IMG/VR virus record: IMGVR_UViG_3300042922_000636
Strand: one strand, 5' to 3'
Source of the DNA: an uncultured virus (IMG/VR IMGVR_UViG_3300042922_000636)
Taxonomy: Duplodnaviria > Heunggongvirae > Uroviricota > Caudoviricetes
Length of the DNA: 64,000 nucleotides
The stretch's first letter is position 1, and every line of letters starts with the position of its first letter. This document shows positions 54,319 to 63,972 of the stretch, one piece after another. The translations under genes and the position numbers were made by a program. The notes beneath the pieces are model-generated. The model was not told the DNA's origin. It did no database searches and worked only from the letters and a program-made list of their open reading frames with translations.

Positions 54319-55640
54319 CGGGTCACCTGCCGGGTGATTCGTTCCGCGCGCCGATGTCGGACAAGCAGCTGTGTTCGCTGCGTGAGTCGACGGCGCGCGT
54401 CAACATCTGGGAAGGGTCGGTCCGCTCCGGGAAGACGATCGCGTCGCTGATGCGGTGGCTCGTGTACGTCGCGACGAACACTGTCCGTGGGGAACTCGTC
54501 GTGGTGTCCCGCACCCGTGACTCTGCGGCCCGCAACGTGTTCGCCCCACTGATGGACCCTTCCCTGTTCGGGAACATCTCCCGCTACGTGCAGTACACCT
54601 CTGGTGCCGCGTACGGGACGATCCTCGGCCGCCGCGTGTGGGTCCTCGGGTCGTCGGATGTGCGGTCGGAGAACGTCCTCCGTGGTCTCACCTGTGCCGG
54701 CGCGTACGTGGACGAGATCACCCTCCTCAAGGAGGACTTCTTCACGCAGCTGCTCAACCGCCTCTGGGAGGGCGCGCAGCTGTTCGGGACCACGAACCCC
54801 GACTCCCCCGGTCACTGGTTCCGGAAGTTCCTCGACCGCTGCGAACCCGGACACCGACAGTTCCTCCCCGACTGGCGGGTGTGGAAGTTCCTCCTCGACG
54901 ACAACCCCATGCTGTCGGAGGAACGGAAAGCCGCGATCCGTCGCGAGAACACGGGCCTGTACTACCGGCGCAACGTGCTCGGCGAGTGGGTTGCCGCTGA
55001 GGGGTCCATCTTCGACACGTTCGACCCGAAGCCCGGCGGCGCTCACGTCATCGCCTGGGCCGATCTCCCCCCGATCACGGAACTCATCGCGGTCGGCATC
55101 GACTACGGCGTCACGAACCCCACCGCTGGTCTCCTCCTCGGCATGACGGAGGAGTACGACGAGTACGGGAACCTGACGCCGCGTCTCGCTGTCATCGACG
55201 AGTACTTCTTCGACTCGAAGATCGAACAGCGGAAGCTCGCACCGTCGGAGCTCGCGCACGAGTTGAAGACGTGGCTCGCTGAACCCCACCTCCCGCCTGG
55301 TGCACCGAAGCTCACACCCCGGTACCTGATCCTCGACCCGTCAGCGACCGGCCTGCGCGTCGAGATGGCGCAGCAGGGCATGAACTCCACGAACGCCGAC
55401 AACGAGGTCCTGTACGGCATCCGGACCCTGTCGTCACTCGTCGCCGGGAACCGTGTGGTCATCACCGACCGTTGCCCGAACCTAATCCGCGAACTCCCCG
55501 GTTACTCGTGGGACCCGAAAGCCACACTCCGTGGCGAAGACAAGCCCATGAAGGTCAACGACCACGCGACGGACGCGTTCCGGTACGCGGTCGTGACCAC
55601 CGAATCGATCTGGCGTCACCACGTGAAGCTGGCGGCCTGA
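54315..55640 (+). CDS. Terminase large subunit (PBSX type)
   Basis: GSVRSGKT, AYVDE, TTNP..P.HW, GIDYG, DHATDAFRY. Confidence 0.95.
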   Translation: MTGHLPGDSFRAPMSDKQLCSLRESTARVNIWEGSVRSGKTIASLMRWLVYVATNTVRGELVVVSRTRDSAARNVFAPLMDPSLFGNISRYVQYTSGAAYGTILGRRVWVLGSSDVRSENVLRGLTCAGAYVDEITLLKEDFFTQLLNRLWEGAQLFGTTNPDSPGHWFRKFLDRCEPGHRQFLPDWRVWKFLLDDNPMLSEERKAAIRRENTGLYYRRNVLGEWVAAEGSIFDTFDPKPGGAHVIAWADLPPITELIAVGIDYGVTNPTAGLLLGMTEEYDEYGNLTPRLAVIDEYFFDSKIEQRKLAPSELAHELKTWLAEPHLPPGAPKLTPRYLILDPSATGLRVEMAQQGMNSTNADNEVLYGIRTLSSLVAGNRVVITDRCPNLIRELPGYSWDPKATLRGEDKPMKVNDHATDAFRYAVVTTESIWRHHVKLAA

Positions 55641-55653
55641 GAGGACACATCAC

Positions 55654-57246
55654 ATGCCCTCGACGCCCTGGCCTCCCGCACCGCACGATGTCGCCCTGGC
55701 TCAGTTCGAGACGTGGGATGGCCTGTACTCCGGTATCGGCCGGGCGCCGGGTGTGTCCGCTGCGGCGACGCACGTGCACAACGGTGTCCCGCACACTGGC
55801 GGGCTCGTCGGTGCCGTGCAGCGCAGCGTGTTCGGTCGCCCCGTCGTCCCTGGTGAGAACCGCACGGACGTGCACATCCCGATCGCGGGCGACCTCGCAC
55901 AGCTGTCGTCGGAGCTTCTGTTCGCAGAGGCCCCGAAGATCCTGCTGCCCGACTGGGAGAAGACGAACAAGCAGGCTCAGGAACGCCTCGAGCTCATCGT
56001 CGCGTCCGACGAGGGCCACGCCGAACTCCTCCGCTCCGGTGAGTACGCGGCCGCGCACGGTGGCACGTACCTCGCTGTCGCGTGGGACTCGGAAGTCCGC
56101 GACCACGTCTGGTTCCGGTCCTACCGTGCCGACTGCGCGATCCCCGAGTTCCGGTACGGGATGCTGTTCGCCGTCACCGTGTGGACCGAGTACGAGGTCG
56201 GCGACAAGGTGTTCCGGCTGCTCGAGCGCCACAAGCCCGGGTCCATCACGTACTCGCTGTGGCGCGGCTCGGAGAAGGAGAAGGGCGAGCAGGTCCCCGT
56301 CACCGATCTCCCCGACACGGCGCATTACGCGGACATCAGCCCGAAGATCGACGCCGAACGCCTCCCCGAAGCTGCGCAGCTGGACATCGTCACCCCGACC
56401 GGTGTCGAGTGGCTGACGTGCGAGTACTACCCGAACATGCTCCCGAACCCCATGTGGGACCGGGCCGGCACGCTCGCGAACCTCGGACGCTCCGACTACT
56501 ACGGCATCGAGGAACTGTTCGAGACCGCTGACTTCCTCTGGTCCTCGCTGATCCGCGATTTCGTCAACGGTCAGGGCCGCCTCGTCGTCCCCGAGTCGTA
56601 CCTGACGGTCAGCGGCCCCGGTAAGGGCGCCGAGTTCGACATGTTCCGTCAGGTGTTCGCCGCGACCGGCGCGCTCGACAAGGGCGAGTCGAAGCCGATC
56701 GATCAGGTGCAGTTCGCGATCCGCGTCGAGGAGCACATCAAGGGCATCGAGGCCGTGAAACGTCAGGTCGCTCAGTCCGCCGGCTACTCGGTGTCGCACT
56801 TCGGTATCCACGACCAGATCACCCGCACGGCCACCGAGGTCACGGACGACAAGGCCGACTCGGAACGCACCCGCGACAAGAAGGCCCTGTACGTTCGGCC
56901 TGCCCTGTCGCGGCTCGCTCGGACCGCTCTCGCGATCGACGGCCTGCTGTTCCCCGGCAAGGGTGGCGCGACGATCGACGCTCTCCCGGAGGTCGTGTTC
57001 GCTGACGTGTCGCAGATCGACCCGGAGAAGAACGCTCGCACGATCCAGATGTTGGACGCCGCCCGCGCGGTCTCCACGGCGGTGAAGGTGCGGATGGCTC
57101 ACCCCGACTGGGCTGAGAAGCAGATCGGCGACGAGGTCACGGACATCGAACGTGAGCAGGGCATCCCGGCTCCTGAACCCACCACGTTCACCGGAGAGGC
57201 CCCAGCGCCGGCAGAACCCGTTCCCGCCGCGGACGCCGATGAGTGA
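55654..57246 (+). CDS. Portal protein (SPP1/A118-like)
   Basis: LGRSDY, QFAIRVEEH, TATEV motifs. Confidence 0.9.
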   Translation: MPSTPWPPAPHDVALAQFETWDGLYSGIGRAPGVSAAATHVHNGVPHTGGLVGAVQRSVFGRPVVPGENRTDVHIPIAGDLAQLSSELLFAEAPKILLPDWEKTNKQAQERLELIVASDEGHAELLRSGEYAAAHGGTYLAVAWDSEVRDHVWFRSYRADCAIPEFRYGMLFAVTVWTEYEVGDKVFRLLERHKPGSITYSLWRGSEKEKGEQVPVTDLPDTAHYADISPKIDAERLPEAAQLDIVTPTGVEWLTCEYYPNMLPNPMWDRAGTLANLGRSDYYGIEELFETADFLWSSLIRDFVNGQGRLVVPESYLTVSGPGKGAEFDMFRQVFAATGALDKGESKPIDQVQFAIRVEEHIKGIEAVKRQVAQSAGYSVSHFGIHDQITRTATEVTDDKADSERTRDKKALYVRPALSRLARTALAIDGLLFPGKGGATIDALPEVVFADVSQIDPEKNARTIQMLDAARAVSTAVKVRMAHPDWAEKQIGDEVTDIEREQGIPAPEPTTFTGEAPAPAEPVPAADADE

Positions 57247-57358
57247 CACCGACATCATCGAGGTCCACTGCGAATGGTGCGGGAAGCTCCTCTGGATCCG
57301 TCGTGTCGGTGTGACCGTCTGCTCATGCGGTGTCCGGCATACGTTCGTGCCCAGCTGA
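57239..57358 (+). CDS. 39-aa zinc-finger microprotein
   Basis: HCEWCGK...CSCG; fills the gap between portal and minor capsid. Confidence 0.5.
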   Translation: MSDTDIIEVHCEWCGKLLWIRRVGVTVCSCGVRHTFVPS

Positions 57359-57372
57359 GCAGGGGGTGACCC

Positions 57373-58617
57373 GTGGCGCTATACGTCCCGGACCCTGAAC
57401 GCACCATCGAGGACCTCGTCGAAGACCTCGCCGCGGAACTCGCAGACCGGTACCGGGAAGCGGAAGACGAACTGATCCGTCAGGTCGCGATCCGCGCCGT
57501 CCGTGACATGGCGCTGTCGAACGAACTCCCCACTGCGGGCGACGTGCTCACGCTCGAGCAGCTGCGCCGACAGAACCGGGTCCTCGCCGAGCTCGCCGCG
57601 CACCGTGCGCGTGCGACTCGGGAACTCACCACGCTCGCCGTGCAGATCGCGTCGAAGCTGCGCCCGCAGGAAGAAGCCGCCCGGCTAGTCCACGCGGCCG
57701 CAGCGGAGGGTGAAGCGTCGGCGGCGGCACGGCTCGGGTTCGCCCGGCGCCCGCCCGTCGGCAACGTCGGCATCCCGCTCATCGGTGGTGCGGCGTCGGT
57801 GTCGTCGACCACGCTTACCGGCACGGCCACGCAAGCGGTCGCAGCCCTGGTCCTGAACCTGCAGTCTCGGCTCGAGGTGCTGCAGCAGCGCATCACCCGG
57901 TACCCGCAGGACGCCTACCAGCGCATCGTTTCCCTCTACTCCCCGAACACGCTCCTCGGCATCACGACGTCGCGGGAGATGCAGGCGCGGGCCGTGCAAC
58001 GGTTCCTCGCTGAGGGCATCACCGGGTTCGTGGACCAGGCGAGCCGACGGTGGACGATCGGCGCGTACGCCGAGATGGCAGGCCGCACATCAGTCGCACG
58101 GGCGTACAACGACGCCGGCGTATGGCGAATGCGGCAGTCGGGCCTCAACCTCGGCACAATCACCGGATCCCTCGACGCCTGCAAACGCTGCGCACCGTGG
58201 ATCGGGAAGATCGTGTCCCTCGACGGCACACCCGCCGGCGACGCCACCGTCCCGCACGCGACCCTCAACCAGTCGGTCACCGTGCATGTCGAAGGAACAC
58301 TCGACGAGGCGCGCGCTGCGGGCTGGGGTCACCCGAACGACCGGTGCAAGGTCGTCTCGTACGCTCCCGGCCTCGCGATCCCGCAGGCCGACTTCGAGTA
58401 CAACGAGCGGGCCGAGAAGCAACGCGCCGAACAGCGCCGCCTCGAACGCGAACTGCGCGCCGCCCGCCGCCGCGAAGTGTCCGCGATGAACGACACCGAC
58501 CGCCGGAAAGCAGCAGGCGCGGTCCGTGACGCACAAGCCGAGCTCCGCGAGTTCACCCGCGACACCGGCCGACGCCGCGACTACGCACGCGAACAGCTGC
58601 GGTTCGCCGACGGCTGA
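57373..58617 (+). CDS. Phage minor capsid protein (MuF-like)
   Basis: GITGFVD...RRW....YAEMA.RT, C..C.PW.GK, HPN.R. Confidence 0.85.
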   Translation: MALYVPDPERTIEDLVEDLAAELADRYREAEDELIRQVAIRAVRDMALSNELPTAGDVLTLEQLRRQNRVLAELAAHRARATRELTTLAVQIASKLRPQEEAARLVHAAAAEGEASAAARLGFARRPPVGNVGIPLIGGAASVSSTTLTGTATQAVAALVLNLQSRLEVLQQRITRYPQDAYQRIVSLYSPNTLLGITTSREMQARAVQRFLAEGITGFVDQASRRWTIGAYAEMAGRTSVARAYNDAGVWRMRQSGLNLGTITGSLDACKRCAPWIGKIVSLDGTPAGDATVPHATLNQSVTVHVEGTLDEARAAGWGHPNDRCKVVSYAPGLAIPQADFEYNERAEKQRAEQRRLERELRAARRREVSAMNDTDRRKAAGAVRDAQAELREFTRDTGRRRDYAREQLRFADG

Positions 58618-58759
58618 TAAGCCCACGGCTGATCTCTCGCCGATATAAGCCCCTCGCCGCGGCCGGCCCTGCACGTCACCGCGGCGAGGCCCCCACGTTC
58701 CAGCGCAGGGCTGGACGGACGCCAGGCGCGTCACCCTCAGGAACCCAGGAGGCTCCACC

Positions 58760-59392
58760 ATGACCGACCCCATCGACCCGCCCGTCGATCCCACGCCCGC
58801 ACCGCCCGCACCCGCTGGTACGCCGCCGTGGGGCAACGATCCGTCGAAGTACGACCCCGACACCGCCGCTCGCTTGATCGAGAACCTCCGGGCCGACAAG
58901 GCCACCGCCGATCAGCGTGAGAAAGACGCTGTCGCCGCAGCCGTGCGGAACGCGCAGGCCGACCTCGCGAAGACCGTCGGCAAGTCCCTCGGCCTCGTCG
59001 CCGACGACGCACCCGCCAGCGCCGAAGAACTGACCGCGTCGATCCGCGAGAAGGACGACACGATCGCCGCGCAGGCCACCCAGATCCAGGAGCTCACCGC
59101 AACGAACGCGGTCCTCCGCTTCGCCGACAAGCTCAACGCGAGCATCGACGAACTCACCGACTCCAGCAGCTTCCAGCGGAAGCTTCTGGCCCTCGACACC
59201 AGCGCCACCGACTACGACTCCCAGGTGGAGTCCCTCGTCAAGGACGCCGTCGACAAGAACCCCCGCTTCCGCAAGACCCAGGTGGCCTCCCGGAGCGGCG
59301 GAGCAACACCCCCCAGTGGAGGTACGCCGTCCGGCGACCCCGAAGACATCGACGCGATCCGCAAGAAGCGCGCCGAAGAGAAGCGCTCGTAA
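58760..59392 (+). CDS. Scaffolding protein
   Basis: AGGAGG RBS; DS.SF...NP motif; precedes the capsid gene. Confidence 0.8.
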   Translation: MTDPIDPPVDPTPAPPAPAGTPPWGNDPSKYDPDTAARLIENLRADKATADQREKDAVAAAVRNAQADLAKTVGKSLGLVADDAPASAEELTASIREKDDTIAAQATQIQELTATNAVLRFADKLNASIDELTDSSSFQRKLLALDTSATDYDSQVESLVKDAVDKNPRFRKTQVASRSGGATPPSGGTPSGDPEDIDAIRKKRAEEKRS

Positions 59393-59410
59393 GGGCGCAG
59401 AGAGGCCACC

Positions 59411-60328
59411 ATGGTCAACGCATTCATCACGCCCGACGTCATCGCGCGTCGTGCCCTCGCAGCGCTGTACGACCAGCTGGACGTCATGCCGCTGTACCAC
59501 ACCGACCTCACACAGGAGTTCACCTCCCAGAAGGTCGGCGACACCATCAACGTGCGCAAGCCCGCGACGTTCGAGGCGAAGATCTTTAACCGTGCGAACG
59601 GGATCGAGCTGCAGGACGTCGAGGAAGACACGATCCCGGTGAAGCTCGACAAGATCGCGGATGTCTCGTTCGCGGTCACCGCCGAGGACCTCACGCTCGA
59701 GATCGGCGCGTTCGACGAGCAGCTGATCACCCCGGCCACGCAGGCCCTCGCGAAGCACGTCAACGTCGCAGCCCTGTCGCTGCGCGGCGACATCACCCAG
59801 TCCGTCGGTGTCGCTGGCACCGGCAAGGCCGGCTGGGACACCCCCGAGGTCCTCGCCGACGCCGGCATGATCCTCGACACGCACGACGTGCCGCTCCAGG
59901 ATCGCGCCGCGATCATCGGACCGCGCATGTACAACGCGTGGCTCAAGAACGAGCTCATCAAGCAGGCCGACAAGTCCGGTTCCACCGCGGCGCTCCGTCA
60001 GGGGTCCGTCGGCCGCGACGTGTTCGGCTTCGAGACGTTCAAGTCGAACCTGATCGAGGGTCCCGCCGCCAACCCGGCGACCGGTCAGCCCACCACCGAG
60101 GTCGGCATGGCGTTCCACAAGAGCGCCTTCGCCTACGCGTCGGCTCCCCTCGCGGTCAGCCCCGGCTCGAACGGTGCGGTGGTCTCGTACCGCGGCATCT
60201 CGATCCGCGTGGTCTACGACTACGACATCAAGTACAAGCAGACCGTCGTCTCCCTCGACACGCTGTACGGCGTGAAGACGCTCGACCCGAACCGGGCCGT
60301 GCTCATCAAGGGCGCGAACAAGGCCTGA
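59411..60328 (+). CDS. Major capsid protein (P22 coat-like)
   Basis: N.F.TP..IAR.AL, GDTI.VRKP, AFHK.AF, SLD.LYGVK.LDP. Confidence 0.92.
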   Translation: MVNAFITPDVIARRALAALYDQLDVMPLYHTDLTQEFTSQKVGDTINVRKPATFEAKIFNRANGIELQDVEEDTIPVKLDKIADVSFAVTAEDLTLEIGAFDEQLITPATQALAKHVNVAALSLRGDITQSVGVAGTGKAGWDTPEVLADAGMILDTHDVPLQDRAAIIGPRMYNAWLKNELIKQADKSGSTAALRQGSVGRDVFGFETFKSNLIEGPAANPATGQPTTEVGMAFHKSAFAYASAPLAVSPGSNGAVVSYRGISIRVVYDYDIKYKQTVVSLDTLYGVKTLDPNRAVLIKGANKA

Positions 60329-60330
60329 TC

Positions 60331-60483
60331 GTGGCTGTGAAGTCGAAGGCGAAGACGTCGCGTACCGCGAAGGACGCACCGTCGTCGTCGGAGGGCAAGT
60401 TCCCTCCGGTCGACAACGGGCCGTCCACGGAGGGCAAGGAGCAGTCCTTCCCGAAGCCGGGGACCCCGGCGCCCAAGGAGTAA
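60331..60483 (+). CDS. Hypothetical 50-aa protein
   Basis: ORF after capsid with phage-like codon use. Confidence 0.5.
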   Translation: MAVKSKAKTSRTAKDAPSSSEGKFPPVDNGPSTEGKEQSFPKPGTPAPKE

Positions 60484-60531
60484 CCCAGTGGCCCCGCCAG
60501 GCTGAGCAATCGTCTGGCGGGGCTGCACCAA

Positions 60532-60604
60532 TGCCGCGTAGCTCAGCAGGCAGAGCGCCCGACTGTTAATCGGGAGCGCGCTGGTTCGACCCCAGCCGCG
60601 GCAG
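60532..60604 (+). tRNA. tRNA-Asn (GTT)
   Basis: Cloverleaf TGCCGCG/CGCGGCA, GCTC/GAGC, CCCGA-CTGTTAA-TCGGG, GCTGG-TTCGACC-CCAGC; G discriminator; no encoded CCA. Confidence 0.9.
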
Positions 60605-60625
60605 CAACGACCCCCAGGAGGCATC

Positions 60626-61150
60626 ATGCGCATCATCCACCCGCGTCCCGAACTGGGCCGTCAGACCATGTTCGACGTCGACTTCATCGACGGTGTCGCG
60701 AACGTCGACTCGCTGCACCCCGAACGTGAGCTCGCGTTCCGTCAGCACGGCTTCGCCATCGAGGCGGATCTGGGTGTGGAGGCACCGTTCCAGGAGGATC
60801 TCGGCGAGCCGATCGTCGATCTCGCGGCGCTCACGAAGACGCAGCTGCGCGACATGCTCCCCGAGGACGCCGACATCTCCGCCCGGGCGAGCAAGGCCGA
60901 CCTGATCGACGCCGTGTCCCGGCAGCCCGCCGAACCGATCCCCGGCAGCATCGAGATCGGGCAGGGCGTGTTCATCGGCACCGCCACGGACAACATCGCG
61001 CCCGGGGGCCTCGTCCTCGGCGACGTGGCCGCGTTCGCCGAGCCGGACGCGGTCGGCGAGGCTTACGTCCCGACCAGCGACGAGATCTCCGCCCGCAACG
61101 CCGCGATCGTCGCCGACATGGCCGCCGAACCGCCCGCGTCGGAGTCCTGA
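60626..61150 (+). CDS. Virion-associated protein with HeH-like motif
   Basis: LTKTQLRD...ASKADLIDA; AGGAGG RBS. Confidence 0.7.
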   Translation: MRIIHPRPELGRQTMFDVDFIDGVANVDSLHPERELAFRQHGFAIEADLGVEAPFQEDLGEPIVDLAALTKTQLRDMLPEDADISARASKADLIDAVSRQPAEPIPGSIEIGQGVFIGTATDNIAPGGLVLGDVAAFAEPDAVGEAYVPTSDEISARNAAIVADMAAEPPASES

Positions 61151-61569
61151 TGCCACAGCGCGTCTACGCCACCGCCGGCCAGTACGACGAGTTCGCAGAG
61201 GAACCCTGGGGCGGAACACCCGAACTCCTCGAGAAGCGTCTCCGGGCCGCATCCATCGAGGTCGAGAAGCTCCTCCGCACCGCCGTGTACGCCACCGACG
61301 ACGACGGGTACCCGCTCGACGCCGACACCGGCGACGTGTTCGCTGAGGCGACGTGCGCGGTCGTGGAGTACTGGCAGTTCACCGACGACCCGTACGGCGT
61401 CGAGGCCACGCAGGGCGCCGTGAAGATCGGGTCCGTGTCCCTCGGTACCACTTCATCCGGTGCGGACAACTCGTCCGCCCGCGAGAAGCTCGCCCGCCGC
61501 ATCGGCGAGAAGGCGATCGACATCCTCACGAACGCCGGCTTCATCGGCTACAGCGTCTCCCACACGTAG
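61150..61569 (+). CDS. Head-to-tail adaptor
   Basis: VYAT...ATCA.VEYW...VKIGSVSL. Confidence 0.75.
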   Translation: MPQRVYATAGQYDEFAEEPWGGTPELLEKRLRAASIEVEKLLRTAVYATDDDGYPLDADTGDVFAEATCAVVEYWQFTDDPYGVEATQGAVKIGSVSLGTTSSGADNSSAREKLARRIGEKAIDILTNAGFIGYSVSHT

Positions 61570-61577
61570 GAGGAACC

Positions 61578-61922
61578 GTGGCCCGCCTCCGCGCGAAGCA
61601 CCTGCAGCACCGGGTCGACATCCAGCCCCTCAAGGGTGAAGGCGCAGAGGGCGACATCTGGGACAACGTCCGCGCCGATCGGCCGGCGTACGTTGAGCAG
61701 AAGTCCCGCCTCGTCGTCGACCGCCGCTCCACCTCCCCCACGTTCGGCCAGGAGGTCACCGCGCGGTCGTTCGTGGTGCTGCTGCCCGAGGATGACACCC
61801 TCCCACGCTCCCGGGTGACGGTTTGGAAGGGAACGTCCCGGGCACGCACGTCCGAGGTGATCGACTCCGCGTACTTCGAGTACAAGGGCACCCCGTCCCA
61901 CGTCGAGCTCTACCTCGAGTAG
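61578..61922 (+). CDS. Head-closure/stopper protein
   Basis: RLV...G.EV...P.SRVT...PSH.EL. Confidence 0.7.
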   Translation: MARLRAKHLQHRVDIQPLKGEGAEGDIWDNVRADRPAYVEQKSRLVVDRRSTSPTFGQEVTARSFVVLLPEDDTLPRSRVTVWKGTSRARTSEVIDSAYFEYKGTPSHVELYLE

Positions 61923-61931
61923 GAGGCCACC

Positions 61932-62285
61932 GTGGGTGTTCGCGCGACCGTCTCCATGAGCAACAACGTCGACCGCTCCACAGGCGAGATCCTCGAGGGT
62001 CTCGTGCGGGGCGAAACCCTCGCCGCCGAACGTCTCCTCACGCTGTCTGCCGCGGTCGCCCCGTTCGACATCGGAACGCTCGTCGGGTCCGGGCAGGTCG
62101 AACCCGCTACGGACGCCGAAGAGGGCTCCGCGGTCGTCTACGACACCCCGTACGCCGCACGCCTCCACGAGCACCCGGAGTTCAACTTCCAGGGCGGCCG
62201 GCAGGGGAAGTACGTCGAGGAGCCCGCAGTGCAGAACCGCAAGGAGCTCGGCGACATCATCCGCAAGGAGGCGCGCGGTGGCTGA
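61932..62285 (+). CDS. Neck / minor capsid protein
   Basis: P.D.GTL..SG...YDTPYA.R.HE...KY.E. Confidence 0.75.
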   Translation: MGVRATVSMSNNVDRSTGEILEGLVRGETLAAERLLTLSAAVAPFDIGTLVGSGQVEPATDAEEGSAVVYDTPYAARLHEHPEFNFQGGRQGKYVEEPAVQNRKELGDIIRKEARGG

Positions 62286-62691
62286 CGCTCCCGAGATCGT
62301 CCTGAACCGCGCGATCGCCGTCCTGCTCCAGTCCGAAGGCCTCGCGGTCTACGCGCCGACCGGCCCCATCCCGAACAAGGGCATCCGCCTCGACGGGGTC
62401 ATGCCGACCACGGTCAACGAGTTCACCCTCCTCACTCCCCTCCGCCCCGTCCCCGACGGGCGCTCGGACATGGAGTACCGGACGCAGATCTACACCCGCC
62501 GCGTCGGCTCGCTCCTCGTCGCTCGACAGTGGGCGTCGGACCTGCGCGAGCTCCTCGACCAGCAGGAGTACCCGCTCAACGTCCTCGGGATCTCGTGGGC
62601 GTACGAGTTCTCCGCCACCGACTTCGAACCCGACTCGCAGGGACGCTCGGCCGTCGCCTGCACCTACTACTTCCGCGGCCGCCGGCCGTAG
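62278..62691 (+). CDS. Tail terminator
   Basis: Synteny; C-terminal D..GR....YY. Confidence 0.7.
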   Translation: MADAPEIVLNRAIAVLLQSEGLAVYAPTGPIPNKGIRLDGVMPTTVNEFTLLTPLRPVPDGRSDMEYRTQIYTRRVGSLLVARQWASDLRELLDQQEYPLNVLGISWAYEFSATDFEPDSQGRSAVACTYYFRGRRP

Positions 62692-62738
62692 GACCGCCGG
62701 AAGCGCCGGCAACCACCCACCCAGAAGGAGGCGGACGC

Positions 62739-63491
62739 ATGTCCGACACGACTCTCTACGACACGACGGCGCCCTCCGCAGGGTCCCTCGCGCTCGCCCA
62801 CCAGAAGCTCATCCGCGTCAAGCTGCAGGGCGTGTTCCGGAACATCACCGGCGACGTCAACAACCTGGCGCTGAACCCGACCCCGGTGACCGTCGCCCGC
62901 GAGGTGTACGGCACGAAGGGCAGCACCTCCGCCGACACGATCGCGCACAACTTCGCGCCGTCGTTCCAGGTCGAGGTCGTCCGCGACCCGGTCACGAAGC
63001 AGATCGCGCAGGCGCAGGACTGGTTCATCGACCTGTACAAGGCGTCCTTCGCGAAGGGCTCCGACAACAAGCGTGAGTTCCAGCTGTTCACCGACGCGCT
63101 CGACGAGCGGATGCCGGTGTTCCAGGGCATCTTCTCCGTGTCCGTCGCCGAGGCGAACACCGGATTCGCGGACAAGGCGATCTTCACCTTCACGCTCACC
63201 AGCAACGGTGTCGTCCCCGAGGTCGCCTCGCCGCTCGCCGGGACCGGCGTCCCGATCCTCGAGTCCGCCACCCCCGCGGGTCAGGCGCCCGGCGACCTGA
63301 TCGTCGTCCGCGGCTACAACCTGGACTCGTTCGTGTCCGCGACGATCGACGGTGCGAACGTCCTCGAGTTCCGGAAGGTCGACGACCACGCGGTCGTCCT
63401 CCTGATCCCCGCGACCGTGTCGGGCTCCGCCCCGATCGTCGTCACGAACGACAAGGGCGCGTCCACGGCGCTCCCGTACGCCGCGGTCTGA
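62739..63491 (+). CDS. Major tail protein with C-terminal IPT/Ig-like domain
   Basis: GAAGGAGG RBS; P.L.S.TP....G..I.V.G....VTN..G.S. Confidence 0.8.
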   Translation: MSDTTLYDTTAPSAGSLALAHQKLIRVKLQGVFRNITGDVNNLALNPTPVTVAREVYGTKGSTSADTIAHNFAPSFQVEVVRDPVTKQIAQAQDWFIDLYKASFAKGSDNKREFQLFTDALDERMPVFQGIFSVSVAEANTGFADKAIFTFTLTSNGVVPEVASPLAGTGVPILESATPAGQAPGDLIVVRGYNLDSFVSATIDGANVLEFRKVDDHAVVLLIPATVSGSAPIVVTNDKGASTALPYAAV

Positions 63492-63510
63492 TCGGACTGG
63501 TGCAGGGACC

Positions 63511-63972
63511 ATGACGATCACCGCTGACAAGGTCGGCCGCAACCTCCACATCACGCTCGAGGGGGTGCCGGATCCGTTTGTGATCCGGCCCCTCCCGGGC
63601 CGTGCAGGCATCCAGGTAACCGACACATACCTCACGTACTCCGGCGGCGACACGACCGTCGACATGTTGTCCGCCCTCACGATGGCGGTCGACGGTGCCC
63701 GACAGAACGCGATCACCGGCCTGTGGGAACCCCTCCCCGAAGCCGAGCAGATCAACATGAACCGCATCGGCCTCGAGCTCTCCCAGGAGGAGGGCAACGA
63801 CGTCATCATGCCGGCATTGTTCTGGCAGACGATCCTCGGACTCGACGGTGTGAAGCAGTACATCGAGGGCGGTGAGGGTCTCGCCGGCACCCTAAAAGCG
63901 GCGGGGGCGTTGGCCGCGCGTTTGGGTCGCTTGGCCCCGCGGACATCGCCCAGGGAATCCGCGACGGACTGA
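63511..63972 (+). CDS. Tail assembly chaperone
   Basis: Follows the major tail gene. Confidence 0.7.
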   Translation: MTITADKVGRNLHITLEGVPDPFVIRPLPGRAGIQVTDTYLTYSGGDTTVDMLSALTMAVDGARQNAITGLWEPLPEAEQINMNRIGLELSQEEGNDVIMPALFWQTILGLDGVKQYIEGGEGLAGTLKAAGALAARLGRLAPRTSPRESATD

